Assembly: GCA_013239625.1 (NCBI GenBank)
Contig: MU053881.1
Span: 8,889,957-8,953,956 of the forward strand
Source: Lama guanicoe
Taxonomy: Eukaryota
Direction: 5' to 3'
DNA length: 64,000 nt
The notes under the pieces are model-generated. The model did no database searches. It was given only the letters and a program-made list of their open reading frames with translations, and had not been told where the DNA came from. Numbering within the stretch: the stretch's first letter is position 1; every line of letters begins with the position of its first letter. The position numbers and the translations under genes are program-made. Below are positions 13,191-26,564 of the stretch, in pieces.

Positions 13191-15264
13191 GGCAAAATAG
13201 GGAAAAGGCGACAGACGAGGGAGGGGTGATGACAGGAAATCACGTTTCCAGCCCCCCATCTCCCAACCCCAAGGCACTTCCCACATTTCAGACAGGAAAC
13301 GTTTCTCTGAATAACCAGCGACGGGAGCTATCATCCGGCAGAGTTCAAAGCTTTTCTGGTAGTTTTTTTAGGAAGTTCAAAGTGGCTCCTTCGGAGCCAT
13401 GTGACCCTCTGCCTTCTTCAAGGCTCCTGGACCTGGAGGTGTCCTGACCAGGGCACTCTGAAGCTGGCGCTGACGTCCACTTAGCAGCGAGGCTCTGCTA
13501 GGGGCAGATCGTAACTCGCCACCACCAGGCTTGAACGTCTGTATGACTGAGGCATATCTGAAGCTGCATGTTGAAGAGCAAGGATGTCTGGGAGGCAATT
13601 TTAAAATTCCTTTGAGTGACTGAGGTGGCGCTGAAGTTCAGGTGCAATTTTCCAGGAGCCTGATATGATAGTTGCTGTGAAATCATTCTTTACGTGAATT
13701 TTTTGAAATTTTGTTTAGCGTGAATTCATTTCCTATCATACAGACAGAACGGCTTTTTAATTTGTCCAAACACAGACAACGGAAGAGCACTCCTAGCGCG
13801 GTGAAGGCACTGGGGGTTACTCCGGTGCATCAGGATGCACGTCACAGAACTGTCTGAATCCTGTGACTTCCGCGTCCCCTTTAACTCTCTGCTTTGGTAG
13901 GTGGGTCCTTAAACTCTGCTGGCTGGTTTCTACCATTACTCAGGAAATGTCTCGGTCCCTAGATCTGCCCCCAATCGAATTGTACGCTGTTCTCCATTTG
14001 CTATGTCATTTGCTAATTTTGTTCACTTATGCTACATTTTTCCCCCTGACTATTCCAACTGACAGAGACCATCTGTACAGACACAGACAGGTTCCAAAGT
14101 ACAGGGGAGAAAGCTGGAAGTGGTACAGGCTCACTTCACAGACCATGATTTCTTACTGAAATCCTTCGCGTGGGATGGGCATGGAACCAGGGGCTAAGCA
14201 CTTTTACCTCGTTCCTGCTCTATGCACTACGGAGGCCCCCTGACCATTTTTGAAGTTCCATTTTGAAGGGGCATAGAGTCCCCGGCAAATATACAGAAAA
14301 CTGGGTTTAAATGATCTGTTACAAGCAAGAGGAAACACGCAAAGGCAGCAATATGTCATTCAGTAAACTCACACGCTCTCGTATATGTGTGGGTGTCTGT
14401 GTGTGTGTTTTCCAAGATCCCTGTGTAAACCAAAGTCTCACTAATTATCTGTGTGACTGGATTCCCCTTGACCTTAAAAATGGGGCCTAATTCAAATTTT
14501 GCAAATTTATCTGTTTCCAAACGAGTAAGATTTCGTGATGGTTCCAACTCATGAAATTTTTCTGATTGAAAGACCTATACCCAGACAAAGCGGTTCCATC
14601 AAAGCCGATCTGATTGATCAGTAGTGGCTGTTTGGAATGTTGTGTTAAGAAGAATTCCGAGGACTCCCTCCCTGGGTGCAGTGGGAAACAGCAATATTAC
14701 CAATGAGAAATCGCGGACAAGGAGTTGGGGAAATGCAGCAGATGCGGAGAGTGTATTTGCCATCCAAGCTCCAGGCTTTCATTCATCATCTGCTTCAGCC
14801 ACACCTGAAGACTTCATCCTCCACTCTCTGTGGTTTAGGTCACATTGCTCTAACTCCGACTGTCTCCATGACAGCTCTGTTTCTCTCCTTACACTGATTT
14901 GGATCCAGATTCGGTTCTCCCACCCAAGGTTAAAGGGCTACAATCTCCTCTCCATCCCCAAAGCAGTAAATATGGTCCATGAGATCGCTGCTCTGCCCAA
15001 CCGTGGTTAATAGACCCACTAATTTACGACAGAGGGCCTGCTGCCGATCAATTCCCCAAATTCACTTACAGCAAGTCCCTTTTTCATTCAAAAGATTAAT
15101 GGCAAGCTGATACTAAAATGTTCCGTGTAGACAAGGAATAACTGACCTGCGCACTGATGTGGGGGGAGGGGTCACGACATTTGGTGGAGCAGAGAGACAC
15201 GGTTGGGAGACAGTCAAAACAGAACTAAACAAACAAATCATTAGGAATAATTACGTACAAAATA

Positions 15265-15515
15265 ATAATTAAGTGGCCTCATTATCAATTATATATGTGA
15301 TCCTGCTTTGTGCTGAGAACTGAGTTAAGTATTTTACACGCAATTTTCTCTCTCAACAGTCACAGGTTTTCTCTGAACAAAGTCTTATTACCGTCCCTGC
15401 CAACAGGTAAAGAAACAGAGGCTTGGATGCGCTAACTTTCCTGACACTGTACTGTCAGCAAGTAGCGGAGCCAGCTGGGATTTGAACCCAGGCATTCTGA
15501 TTCCAAAACCCAAGC
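15265..15515 (-). mobile_element. MIR SINE
   Basis: 'acaggtaaagaaacagaggctt...gcaagtagcggagccagctgggatttgaacccaggcattctgattccaaa'. Confidence 0.8.
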
Positions 15516-16314
15516 CTAGAAGGGACCATTTCCTCCATTAGAGAAGAATGATTGCTAAAAAATGAACAAGGTGTGAACCCCAAACTCACTGGTCCTCTTC
15601 GGGAAGGTCCCCCTAGGGGAGGTCATTAACCATGGGTAGAAACAAGGCTCCTGCTGGACACAGCCACCGTGATTGCTCACACACAATAAATGATTTGCAA
15701 AGAGAGAAGGTGATCCTTAAGTCAGAAATGAGAAATCCGCTGTGGCTTTGTAGGTTCAAGGACTTAATCAAAATAGAGCTTTTGTGCTAATGTTGAGAAT
15801 GGCAAAAGGACTGTGTTAACAGAAGTGAAACAGTTGGTTAGAGAATTTGAGCGATTGTCCTAATGACATTTTCTAATCCTTGCTGTTTATTCAGATGCCG
15901 GACTAAATTATCCATGTTTTCCCCAAATGTCTGGGCTTCGCGATGCTCCCATTTTTGAAGGCGTGAGAAGTGAGGCATGTGAGTACGTATGTAAATAGAA
16001 ACAATTTCAGGACCTGAGATACTGCCCTCCGTTTGTTTGTGCTTGATGGATATTTGAGGAGTATGGTCCCACCTTCTCTCGAGTGCCGGGAAAAAATCAT
16101 TCAGGAAAGTGCACCCCATCTTCCACGCTCTGCGTAGTTCCACACGCGGAGCTCGCAGAGGGCTGTGTGATGGGCATTCTTCATCAAGGAACAATGGGCT
16201 CAGTGAGGCACTGGGGCAGGGCCGCCACGGCCACCACCAGGTACGGCGCAGGTACCCTCACAAGAACCCTCACCTGACTCCCTCCCTCCAACTGAAGGAA
16301 TGTGGATGAAGCCA

Positions 16315-16490
16315 CTGCACATCTATTCAACCTATTTTATGTGCTAAGTACCAGGCTCGGGGACTTTATGCACCTCCTTCCACAATGATCACAACACCAC
16401 TGTCTAGAGGCTCAGGGATGTTAATAACACACCCAAGGGGCAGAACCGACATCCGAACTTCAGTTTGCACTTTGCCAAAACTGCGACGGG
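16315..16490 (-). mobile_element. Degenerate MIR
   Basis: 'tatgtgctaagtacc...cacaacacc...gaggctcagggatgttaataac'. Confidence 0.5.
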
Positions 16491-16759
16491 CTCTTCCTAA
16501 ACCTGGAGTTGGCTCATGCTCAAATTCACCTATGAACTGGCTTCATCCTTCAACCCGTCCCATTCTCATTTTCTGCTGTATCCCAGATGAAACCCTGGAT
16601 TCCAATGGGTGTGATCGCCTAGCGGTCTTTTGCAAATTTGTTTTTTCTGCCTTCTTGCCCGTAGCATTCCCGTCTGCAGTACTCCTGTCTCTGTCCTGTG
16701 CAATCCGGCTTTAGTTTCTCGGCCTACCTGCTTCTACCTGCCCTCCGAAGCCCAAGATG

Positions 16760-16950
16760 GGAACGGAGAGGACACAGACCTGGGAACCAGGCTGACAGCT
16801 CTGCCACTTTCTGCGAGAGTCTAAGCAACTAATGTCACCTCTCTGGGCCTCTTTGATGACACTGACAATGACTAACGTTGACTTCACGTGCTGCTGTGAA
16901 GATGGGAGATGATAATGCACGTAAGGCTGTGTCTGACACACAGTAGGCAC
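16760..16950 (+). mobile_element. MIR SINE
   Basis: 'agacctggg...ctctgccactt...acctctctgggcctc...gctgtgaagat...gataatgcacgtaa...tgacacacagtaggcac'. Confidence 0.7.
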
Positions 16951-17039
16951 ACGGGACCAGATGGAGCTAAGGAGACTGGCAGCTTACTGGTTCCAGTTGG
17001 TTCCCGAGCACCTACTGTGTGTGCATGGCTGTGTTGACA

Positions 17040-17365
17040 GTGATGGGGTCTGTCATTCTTTCCTCTCGGGGCTGAGTCTGGGAGACGGTGAGGCTGGAAC
17101 AATGCAACCGTCTTGCCACTCAAGGGGAAAGGCTGTCTGAGAAAGGGGGCAGCAGGGAGGAAAGTGAAGTGCGAGATGCAGGGAGAGGCATTCTGGATGG
17201 CACTGTTAGGGTACCTGGATCCAGCCAGGCCTGAAGCAATACTTCCACTGAACTCCTCAATATATGAACCGATTTATTCTCCATTCACCCCTCTGTTTGT
17301 TTTCTCCTTAAGCCAGACTGAGTTGGTTATCGTCACTCAGAACGAAAAGCATCGTGCCTGAAACT
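17040..17365 (+). mobile_element. MaLR LTR (MLT1J/K-like) fragment
   Basis: 'tacctggatccagccaggcctgaagc' and 'cttaagccagactgagttgg...gtcact...aaaagcatc' are typical of old MLT1 3' ends. Confidence 0.75.
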
Positions 17366-17969
17366 GATTACCAAGCTAAAGTGAGGCAATACCTTGGCCA
17401 ATGCCAGACAGTTATCTAACGGAAGACGTAGAACAGATTTCAGGGCAGAAGACCTCTGCAATCATGAAATGTTCATGTTCTACAAGCCGACTCCTTCCTG
17501 TTAAATTGTGAGAAGTTGACCACATGGGGTCCCAGAGAAACCATTTATGGTGGGAGGTATCTAGTCCATTTATAAGACTATTACGGGCATCAAAGAGTGG
17601 GATAGAGATGCAGGCAGAGGGCTGTCTGCTTGTTGCCACCCAAGCATGCGCTACAGCAGCTTTCTGTCCTTGGCACTGGAGAGATGCCCATATTACCTAT
17701 TCGCTGGGCTGGGCCTTACATATAATGCATCGATCTTGGGGTGGGGTGAGAGACCCACCCAGGACTCCATGTCTTGCCTGCATCTTAAGTTTTAAGAAGA
17801 ACAGAGACAGCAGTTTTAATCCTAACTGTAGAATGCAAAATGATGTCAATGAACATCGCATCTTAAAGTTAAAATACAGGCACGCATACATATGTATATA
17901 TGTATTTTTTTATATCATATTATGTATTTACATTCCCTGCTTCTATTTTGTGCTGATGGTAGGCTAGAT

Positions 17970-18214
17970 CAGTCGTTCTTAACCAGGGGGCAATTTTGCT
18001 CCCCCCGCCCCCAGGGGACACTGGGGACGGTCTGGAGACATTTTGCTTGTCACAGTTCGGTGGAGTGGGGATGTGGAAGGGAGAGAATGCTGTTGGCCTC
18101 TAGTGAGAGAGCTCAGAGATGCTGTGAAACATCCTTACAATGCACAGGGTGGTCTCCCACAACAAAGAATTTCCAGCCCCAAAAGGCCAACAGTGCCAAG
18201 GTTGAGAAAGCCTG
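17970..18214 (+). mobile_element. MER20 hAT-Charlie MITE, full length
   Basis: TIR-like ends cagtcgttcttaacc / ggttgagaaagcctg; internal 'ccccaggggaca...tctggagacatttt...gatgctgtgaaacatccttacaatgcacagg'. Confidence 0.92.
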
Positions 18215-19311
18215 GGTCACCATGTGTGATGGCTCAGATGAATATATTTAATGTTACATGGTCAATTTTTAAGTAGCTCTTTTATTTTCCCTCCGACTGT
18301 TAAGAACTGGGTAGGTATTAGATGTGAAAAATGTGATTTAGTCAGCTCTTCCCGCTCACCCAAGAAAACTTCAAGCAAACTGTAATTGGGGAATGTATGT
18401 GAGAGAGAGAGGAAAGTCTCTCCAAGCAAGTGCCACTTGTCACTGAGGGACATTATAGGTGGCCTCTCTCCAGCAGTGGGGGAGACCTGTTTGTCAAGAG
18501 AGAGCCGGGCTGCCTTTACAGACGCAGGAGACTCTGGGGACAGAGGTCCAAGTCGGGGGTAAGTTACTGAATCTCGCCTGAGGAATCTGCACGATGACCT
18601 CTCATGTCTTCTCACTGAGGCAGCATCTGCCTAACGGGATTTGCTCTACTCCGTATCAGCCCGCTTAAAGTTTGTATTTTTACAGTCGAAGACCTAATTG
18701 CCCTCTTCACTCACACTTCACTGAACTCGCTAAAGCCCAGTTAAGCATTTTCTCGAAAACAAATTGTTTTCCGTTGGCCCTGGCAAAACGGCCCCGACTT
18801 CACGCAGGCTAGTGTACCTCGTTTACTGGCGGAGCGGCAGCCCGCTGGACGCGCCCCAGTTAAAGGGCCTCCTTCAGGAGCTCAAGCATGAACCGCTTTC
18901 ACAGTTTAGGGCTCCATGCTTTTGAGTGTCATTCCTAGATCTCACTAACAACTTGCATGTTTATATATCACATCGTCCTGGCAGCAGTGCACGTTGGAAG
19001 GTGTCAAAGATAGATCAGGCTCTCGGTGGAGGGTGGCGTTGATTTTTGAAGCCATATGATTTCTACAATTTTTGTTTAATGCCAGCCCTTTCATACTCAC
19101 GAGGTGAAATGCAGTGAATCCGCACAACTTCCCGCTGGAGGACACAGATCTCTTTCACCTGGGGTGACAACTCTTTCCCCAAAGGTAATGGAGCCTTAAA
19201 TACCTTCTGACCAGAAATGCCTTGTTGCTTCACACGTGCACCTTAATGACATCTCCCAGCTCCTTCAGGAGGAGGTAGCATAATGATTGTGGTAATGTGT
19301 GTTGTCTACAT

Positions 19312-19482
19312 CAGTGCTGTCCGACAGAACTTTGTGATGATGGGCATGTTCTAGGTCTACAGTGTTAGTACATGTGGCTGCTGAACACTTGCAGTGTGAC
19401 TAGTGCAAATGAGGAACTGAATTCTCCATTAATTTATGTTCATACGGCCACACGTGGTTAGTGGCTACCATATTGGACAGCA
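19312..19482 (+). mobile_element. MER3 hAT-Charlie MITE
   Basis: 'cagtgctgtccgacagaacttt...tgaggaactgaatt...gccacacgtggttagtggctaccatattggacagca'; 8-bp TSD gtctacat/gtctaaac (6/8, NTCTAGAN-like). Confidence 0.9.
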
Positions 19483-20694
19483 GTCTAAACCAGGGTCCGA
19501 GCTCCCCAGTAACTGGTATCCCCAGCTCCTGTGTTCCTCCCCAACATAGAGGAGCCAACGTATACAGATTTAGTGTCAAGCTTCTCCTCTCAACTCTCCC
19601 AAGAGTCACCATTGCCTATGTAAGATAATTCCATGCAAGAATTTGAACTATCTCTTGCCAGAACCCTCACTCCCTGAACTCTAAACACATCAAAGCAACT
19701 GGACTGTTGAATACCTGTCTTCTCCTTCCATCCCTCCCCATTTTGGGAAGCTATTCCCTTCTCCTTGGTAGTCTCAGCCTTCTGAAAACCTCCTGATCTG
19801 TTAGCATGTTTATGTATATAAATGTGTGGCTCATTCATGAGACTGTGAATGACTGGGGAGAAGTTCTGGATTTATATCCCAGTGCCCAGCCCAGAGCCTG
19901 CACACAGTAAACACAGTATAGACGGCTGATTATAACAGCTCACTCCACAAACATTTACTGGACGGGTATCAAATGCACATGGCACGGACCTCACTGCTGG
20001 CTACTGTGGCTCTTGGTCTTGGGTTTTCAGTGCCTTTCAGTGTGTAAGTGTCTTGCTCAGAATAATTGATCCTGATTTTAAATGTATATTTCTTTCTTTT
20101 AGTCAAGTGGCTAAAATATTAAGTTCCTACTTCATCTGTGCTCAAAGGAAGACACAGCAGTCTGTGACAACCTTGGAGGAAAAACTGACTGATTTATTAA
20201 GAGACAATATGTCAGTTTCCAAGCTGGTGCCTTTCTAAGGAAACTTCCAGGGTGATGGTGTGACCGTATTTTTTGGCTTAGCTGCTGACCCCACAACCTA
20301 ACCCCTGTGTAGGATGTGCTCCACTCTAATCATGAAAGCTTCCCACACTAGGGAAGTGCTTGGGAGGTGTGACCCAAAATATCCAAGAACACGAGATTAA
20401 AGTGCTGAACTGCGTGGCCGTGCCATCCCTGCGGTACCGTTTCTCTGAGCCGAGTAGCACACAGAAGATACACTGGACTGTTTCCTTGCCCTCCTGGAAC
20501 TTATATGACACTCTCTGAAGAGCTTAGCTAGCGAAAAATTGTTAGAGAAAGTTTTAAAGCAACCGTCTGCCCATGCCAAAGCTTCATTTTCAACAGGCTT
20601 CCTCGGAAAACATCCATGATGTGTGGGAACTCGTCTCACGTCCATGTTCACTCCTCGGGTTCGTGGTACGTGGAAGTAGTAATACTGCCAGTCA

Positions 20695-20895
20695 CAAAGA
20701 CTGAGCTTTTGTAACACACCAGGCATGAATTCCCAAGCCCTCTACATATATTATTATCTTTAATTTTACAACCCTTTATGATAGGGAATATTACCCCCAT
20801 TTCAAAGGAGAGCAGACTGAACTAAGTGGAGATAAGTTGCGTGGCTGGAAGAATCTGAGCCCAGGCATTCTGGCTCCGGAGCTCCCACCACGCTG
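20695..20895 (-). mobile_element. MIR SINE
   Basis: 'acaaccctttatgatagggaatattacccccattt...gagcccaggcattctggctccggagc'. Confidence 0.7.
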
Positions 20896-20949
20896 CATGG
20901 GAAATGACAGTGGCATTTAATTAACCTTTGTAATGACTAAGTACCGATC

Positions 20950-21140
20950 ACCGATGTGGTATGATTGGCACTGGAACCAGATTGAACTTTAAATCTTGGC
21001 TCCACCAACTGATTTCCTGAGTGAGTTTTGGCAAGTCATCTAACTCTTCTGTTCTCAAATGTTTGGATAAGCAAAATGTATATAAAAACATTTCACAGAT
21101 TATTCTACGTACTGAACGAAACATTTAGAGGAATGTTCTG
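20950..21140 (+). mobile_element. Degenerate MIR
   Basis: 'aaatcttggctccacca...ttggcaagtcatctaactcttctg'. Confidence 0.6.
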
Positions 21141-21729
21141 AAGTAAATAGTAAATATTATCGTCCAGCCAGAAGGGGATGAGATAGATGCCCGATTCATC
21201 TCTTCCTGGACATTTTGAGGATTAAAAAAGTAACATATATGACAGTACATTGCAAACGGTGAAGGGCTCCACACATGGTAATTGTTTTCATTCTGGTTAT
21301 TGGAAGCTTTCTTTTTCAAAGGCTTTGTCTGCAGATAGCAGACAGTTTCCAACTGCACGTCTGTGCTTTGCTATGTGCCTAGGGGACAGCAAAGATAAAC
21401 CATGGGCTCCAGGCAGCAGCTGCATGACTGTTTCATCTCTCTCTGCCCACACTCACACTACCCCACCATTCCTCGCTGAAAGGTCCTTGATAAGGTGCTA
21501 AAGATGAGATAGCTTGGGAGTCTAAGCGTCAATAACCAAGAAAAAGGCTGAAAAGCTCTTCTTCAAAGAATGTAGCAATGTTTTGAAACTAGATGGGAAA
21601 ACGCACACTAGACTAAGTAGGTCTAGTCTGCCAGGAGGCCATGGATGTCCTGCACATTAGTTCACTCCGTCCCTGAACAGTCGTTTTGAAGTCACTGCCT
21701 TGTCCATAAAAATACCCCCACTAGCAGCA

Positions 21730-21830
21730 GAGTTAGGAGGCCAGGGTTCTTTACCGTGGCTCCCTCTGTGCTAACTAGCCGTGTGACTTACAGCAAACTA
21801 GTTACCCTCCCCAGGCCTTCATCAACGCAC
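21730..21830 (+). mobile_element. MIR fragment
   Basis: 'gagttaggaggccagggttct...ctaactagccgtgtgactt'. Confidence 0.55.
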
Positions 21831-21964
21831 ACAATGTTACTGTGCTATCACGTAACAGCACGTTGTGCTTGTAAGAAGTGTGATGGTGTAGTTTCAGCCA
21901 CCATCAAACCCATTTTCCAGGGGAGGAGACTTACGCACATCAACATTCTTAAGAGCATTCACAA

Positions 21965-22190
21965 CGTTCTAGGCAGCAGGCTTAGCACATTTCATGGCTT
22001 GTAGTGTATGTGATTCCTCCACCACCGTCTGGAAGGGGCTATTATTGTCCCCATTTTATAGATGAGGAAACCGAGGTGTGTAGAGATCAAGTGACTGGAC
22101 CAAGGCCACGCAGTGAGGAATGGGCCAAGCCAAGGTCCTGATTCGGATCTCTGTGGTTCAGGGTCGTGTGGCCACAAAGACTGACTGCAA
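21965..22190 (-). mobile_element. MIR SINE
   Basis: 'ctattattgtccccattttatagatgaggaaaccgagg...aagtgactggaccaaggccacgcag'. Confidence 0.85.
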
Positions 22191-22889
22191 CGTTGAGATA
22201 AAGAGAGAGGAGTAACTAAGTCCAACTAGGATAAGCTGGGAGGGCGGATAAGAGGAGCAGTGTGGGGGTGACAACTATCTGTAGGGAGCTCTCCCTCAGC
22301 CCCAAAATCCCACAATTTCTAAGTATCCTTCTACCCGCATAACAAGTATGGAGACCAGTAATGGGGTCAAGATCACAGGCGAGGTCACGTCCCAGCAGAA
22401 ATTCACAACCTGACTTGTACTTGCCCCGTCTTCTCCAAGCCTGGCTGACTGTTTTCATGAAGGTCAGAATGAATTCTCACATTTCTGTCTTCAGGTGAGC
22501 AGGGTCACCTGCACTCCAGGGGAATCTATGCCTCAGTGTAGATAGTTGAAGTCATGAAAAAAAAAAGGCCTTAGAGGGAGGGGGGAAGAGGAAGCAATGA
22601 AGGGGAAAGAGAGAATTAACTCCACAACTGGGAGTATGATAATCGCACCCACCGTAGACCCCAACCACACGTGCTTCTCAGCCTCAGGTACAAAGTGACT
22701 GGTTTATAACGTGAAATAGGATAGTGCTGTGTTGCGGTGGAAAAGACACGGAAGGGGAGATGTTCTGGAGTTTCCCTGATACCCAGGAGGCCCAGTGGCC
22801 TGCTGGACAACAAAGGTGTTTTAGTTCAGCTCATGAGAGGTTGCCTTGTGTGCGTGCCTACGCACACGTGTGCGTGAGCACATTCTTAA

Positions 22890-23620
22890 ATCGACTGGAG
22901 TCAGCAAAATTAATACGCACCCACAGGGCACTGTTGGCCAAGTCTCTATTTTCATAAATAATGCCTTTCTCGCCTGCACAAGCCTGTTTGAAGACCTGCA
23001 GCGCATCCTGGCTACAATTCAAAGCCCATCTAATGAAAGCACCTCTGCTGTCAGCAATGTTAATGTCACTTTAAAGAGTGTGAAATGTTGCTAAATGTGT
23101 CAGGAAACAATTAGATAACATAAGAGGCATGTTTTCTCAGTGCACAGAGAAATAGATTATGCAGACGGGAGATAAACGCAAAGTTTTCAGAGCTCCAGCA
23201 TATTCAGCACTCTCCCTCTCTCTCTCTCTCTCTCTCTTTTTAATCCAACAGAGAAATTGTTTGGCAAGGCTCAACCCTGTTTCAAATACTTGGAGGAGGG
23301 AGAAAGGCCCTGCTTCGCCTCTGACTGCTGTCGCTTGAGCCCTGTGCTATCAGGCTCAGAGAGACACAAACAGTCTTCCACTCAAATTAAATGTGTGCTC
23401 TCCTAATTAGCATTATAAATATAGGTTTCTCTGAGCCAGAGTTGATAAAATTACAGCATTGGGCTGGAAAGGAGCCGGCGGCTCTCTCATGCCGACACAA
23501 TGGCTCAGCCTTTGCCCGGTTAGAACACTGCCCCCAGAGCCCGCCCTCATCATCAGAGGTCAGCCTGGGGAAGGAAGGTAAATGCCAGGCGAGCTGACAT
23601 TAGGACAACGGCTCGGCTCA
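22890..23620. promoter_or_regulatory. Putative conserved non-coding enhancer-like block
   Basis: Repeat-free apart from a (CT)n; several TGTCA, CAATTA and AGATAA motifs and a palindromic CTAATTAG (23403-23410); conservation not tested. Confidence 0.35.
23210..23237. repeat. (CT)n microsatellite
   Basis: Direct observation. Confidence 0.9.
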
Positions 23621-24524
23621 GATGCAATCTGTTCTTTGTGTGTGATGGTATAAAGTTTGGCTCCTAAGCTCTGGGGAGAATGGTTCTTACTGTAAGGCTT
23701 ATTTGTGGAGTTTTGTCATCTCTGCCACCTGTGGGGTTCCAACAGGGGCCTCAAAACCACAGGCAAGGGCTGACTAGAATGGATTTCCCCCAGTCCCCTC
23801 TCAGTGTCGCTCTCCGTGGTTCTGAAACCTCACTGTGCACACTGAAAAGGTTGCTTCTTTCCTCCCAGCCCTGAGATGCAACTGTCCAACTTCTTGGGGG
23901 AGTTTTGAATTAGGCAAGGCAATCGATGGAGGAGAGAATGAAAGGAGAAAAAGAGTAATTCAAGAGAGATGAGGGCAGAGACTCAGGAATAGGCATAGCT
24001 GCTGAGTGACTGTCAGGGGATGAAAAAGGGAAATGATTTGTTTTGACATTATTTTCAAATAATCACCACTGTCAAGAAAGAAACCACTGCCAACCAGGGA
24101 TGAAGTGCAGAAAGACTAACAGTGAGTGCAGAGTCTGCACGTCAGGTGATGCAATGATGTGCAAGCTGGGGCATGAAGAAGTGGGTTTGTGTAGGCAACC
24201 CCACCGTGGGGGAAGTGATGTGACTGCTGTCAGTGCCACAACATAGACACAAATTCTCAGCCTTTTCCTTTTCTTATGAAAACTTGCCACATAGTACAGG
24301 TAAAGAACAAAGACAGTCATGGGTAGTAGTTCTCATGTGTTTCACAATTGATTTCGTTCTGCCGTCTTAGGTAAATCTTGGAAGCAGGGGATAGGGTTGC
24401 CCTGCTGCTCACTTTCTTGGCTGAGCTTCTATTCAGAACCGCTATCTAGTTACCTCTTGCTCTTTTTCTGAGATTAATAAAATGCATAGAGTGATATGGA
24501 TAAAGTCAAAGAAAACTATGGCTT

Positions 24525-24680
24525 AAGACCATCAAAAGCTAGCGCTACAAGGAACTTTAGATGGTGTCTAGACCAACCATTTCACTCTGCTGATGACAAA
24601 ATTGTGATTCTGCTTTTCCCAGAACATGCAGTGAGTTAGTGACCTGAGTCCAAGGTTCTGCCCACTAAATTACACTGCTC
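24525..24680 (-). mobile_element. MIR3/MIRc-like SINE
   Basis: 'aaggaactttagatggtgtctagaccaacc...gtgagttagtgac'. Confidence 0.55.
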
Positions 24681-24979
24681 TTAGTAATATCCAAGTTGAA
24701 GGACAAAGAGAAAAACCAAAGTTCGAGTTATGATAAAGAGAATCTACTTTCCTAGCAAGTCATATTAATGGGATACAATTCTACAATTCTACTGTGAAAC
24801 GTGTAACACAGGTAGCGTCCCTTCCTCCCGAAATAAAGCCTAACACACAATGTTACAGCCTTATTTTCCAAACTATGTTCTTTCTAACACCGGGTTTTCT
24901 TAGAATATAAACATGTGTCCTGGGAAAGAAGGGTTCCAAGACCAAATGGTTTGTTCAGTATGAGACGGTGTGAGACACT

Positions 24980-25310
24980 TGAGGAGGAAGCCTCTCTCTG
25001 TACTCTGTGCTGGAGTGATCACGTCTGGACTGGCTGGTCCATTCCATTCTAGGCTGACATCATCTTAAGAGCCTGGCTGAGAAACTGGATTTTCCCAGGG
25101 GAGGAAATTCAGACTGATGCGTATTTTAGAAATCGTTTAGAAGGTGATAGCTCCCACAACTCCTGAGCCTGGAAAAGAGGTAAGGGAAGATGCAGCAATC
25201 CTGAAATAATTGAGCCATGACCCATGGAGGAAGAGATGAATTTTATGAATCAGTTCAGATGTCACTTCCAGGAGTGACAGCCGTTAAAGGAGGCAGATTC
25301 AGCTTGATAC
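24980..25310 (+). mobile_element. L3/CR1 LINE 3' fragment
   Basis: Colinear with the CR1/L3 RT tail: 'ctgtactctgtgctgg...catcttaagag...aaactgg...agcctggaaaagagg...catggaggaagag...ggaggcagattcagct'. Confidence 0.7.
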
Positions 25311-26564
25311 CTACTGTATCTAATTCCCCTTCTGCTTTATGTAAGTTCTACCTAGTATTATGGGTCCTTAGGCATGAACTTTATCATACTTCTCAGGGTG
25401 TGATCTACTCTTCTGTTCATTCAACACATGCGGATTGAATCACGGCTACCTTTCAGGCTGTCTTCTAGGCCAGGACACTGCTCTAGCTGGTGTTGAATCT
25501 GCACTATCAGTGGTGGTGCTTTTAATCTTTCCATCTCCCACAGCACCTCACAAAGCACTTGCTCACGGAAAGGGTTTACTATTGCTATTCGACGAAACAG
25601 AGAAACAGGCAAGGAGCTTTCTAACAACAGTTGCTGAATAACAAGAGAACCTGCATCCTTGTAGGTAATAAGCTCCCCATCACAGAGATTACTTAAGCAG
25701 TTCTGATCAGCCCTGGTCAGCAAGGCCACAGACAGTGCTTTTGCACTCAGTGAGAGGTGAGATTATAGCCCTTTAAATTCAGACCCAGCTCTAAATCCCT
25801 GTAATTTTGTGTGTTCTTGTCACTCTCCCTTGGGGTAAAGGAGACGGAGGGTCATTTAGAAGCTGTCTTAAACGTAAACAGTCTGCCCAGCATCTCCCTG
25901 CCCCACCGGATGTTGGAGACACATGTGTCTTCCTGCATATCTGAAAAATTTAGTTCCCAGCTGAAAACTACGACCCATATAGATTCATGCATCCTTAGAG
26001 GACTTCAGTTTATTTAAAGGAAACATGTCACTGTGTTGAAGCTTAAGCTCAAATTAATTATAACAAGTGTAATATTTGGCCAACCTTAGTCTCATGATTC
26101 AACATTCCCGCTTGATCAGTTTCCAGAGCTAAATGAGAGCCTGTAACCATTCGCGGTGTAGTAACACGTCTTCCTTTTATGAGTGCTTTCATCTGTGGAT
26201 CTCAAAGCATGGTGTAAACAGTGATTATTGGTCACCGGGGAGGTAAGGATGCTCAGCTCCTTCGGCAAAGTAGGTATGGGAGGGGCTGCCGGGTCAATGT
26301 CTGTCCAGGCAGAAACTGGAACAGTGGGCTCTTTATTCCCACCAATTTTTTTTTTTTACTATGATTCCAGTAAACAAGTTGAAGCATTTGTTTAAGCCAA
26401 GAGTTGGCATATGTGTACTTAAACTAAAGTAGTTTCCTAGCCAGTATAAGAGGTTGAGGTAAGTGATTGGGTGGAAGATGAAAGGACGAGGAGAGGATTC
26501 CCATAAGAGTTCCCAGACCAGCCATCACATGAAGAGGTTCTTGAATCTTCCCTCCCTTCCTTTC

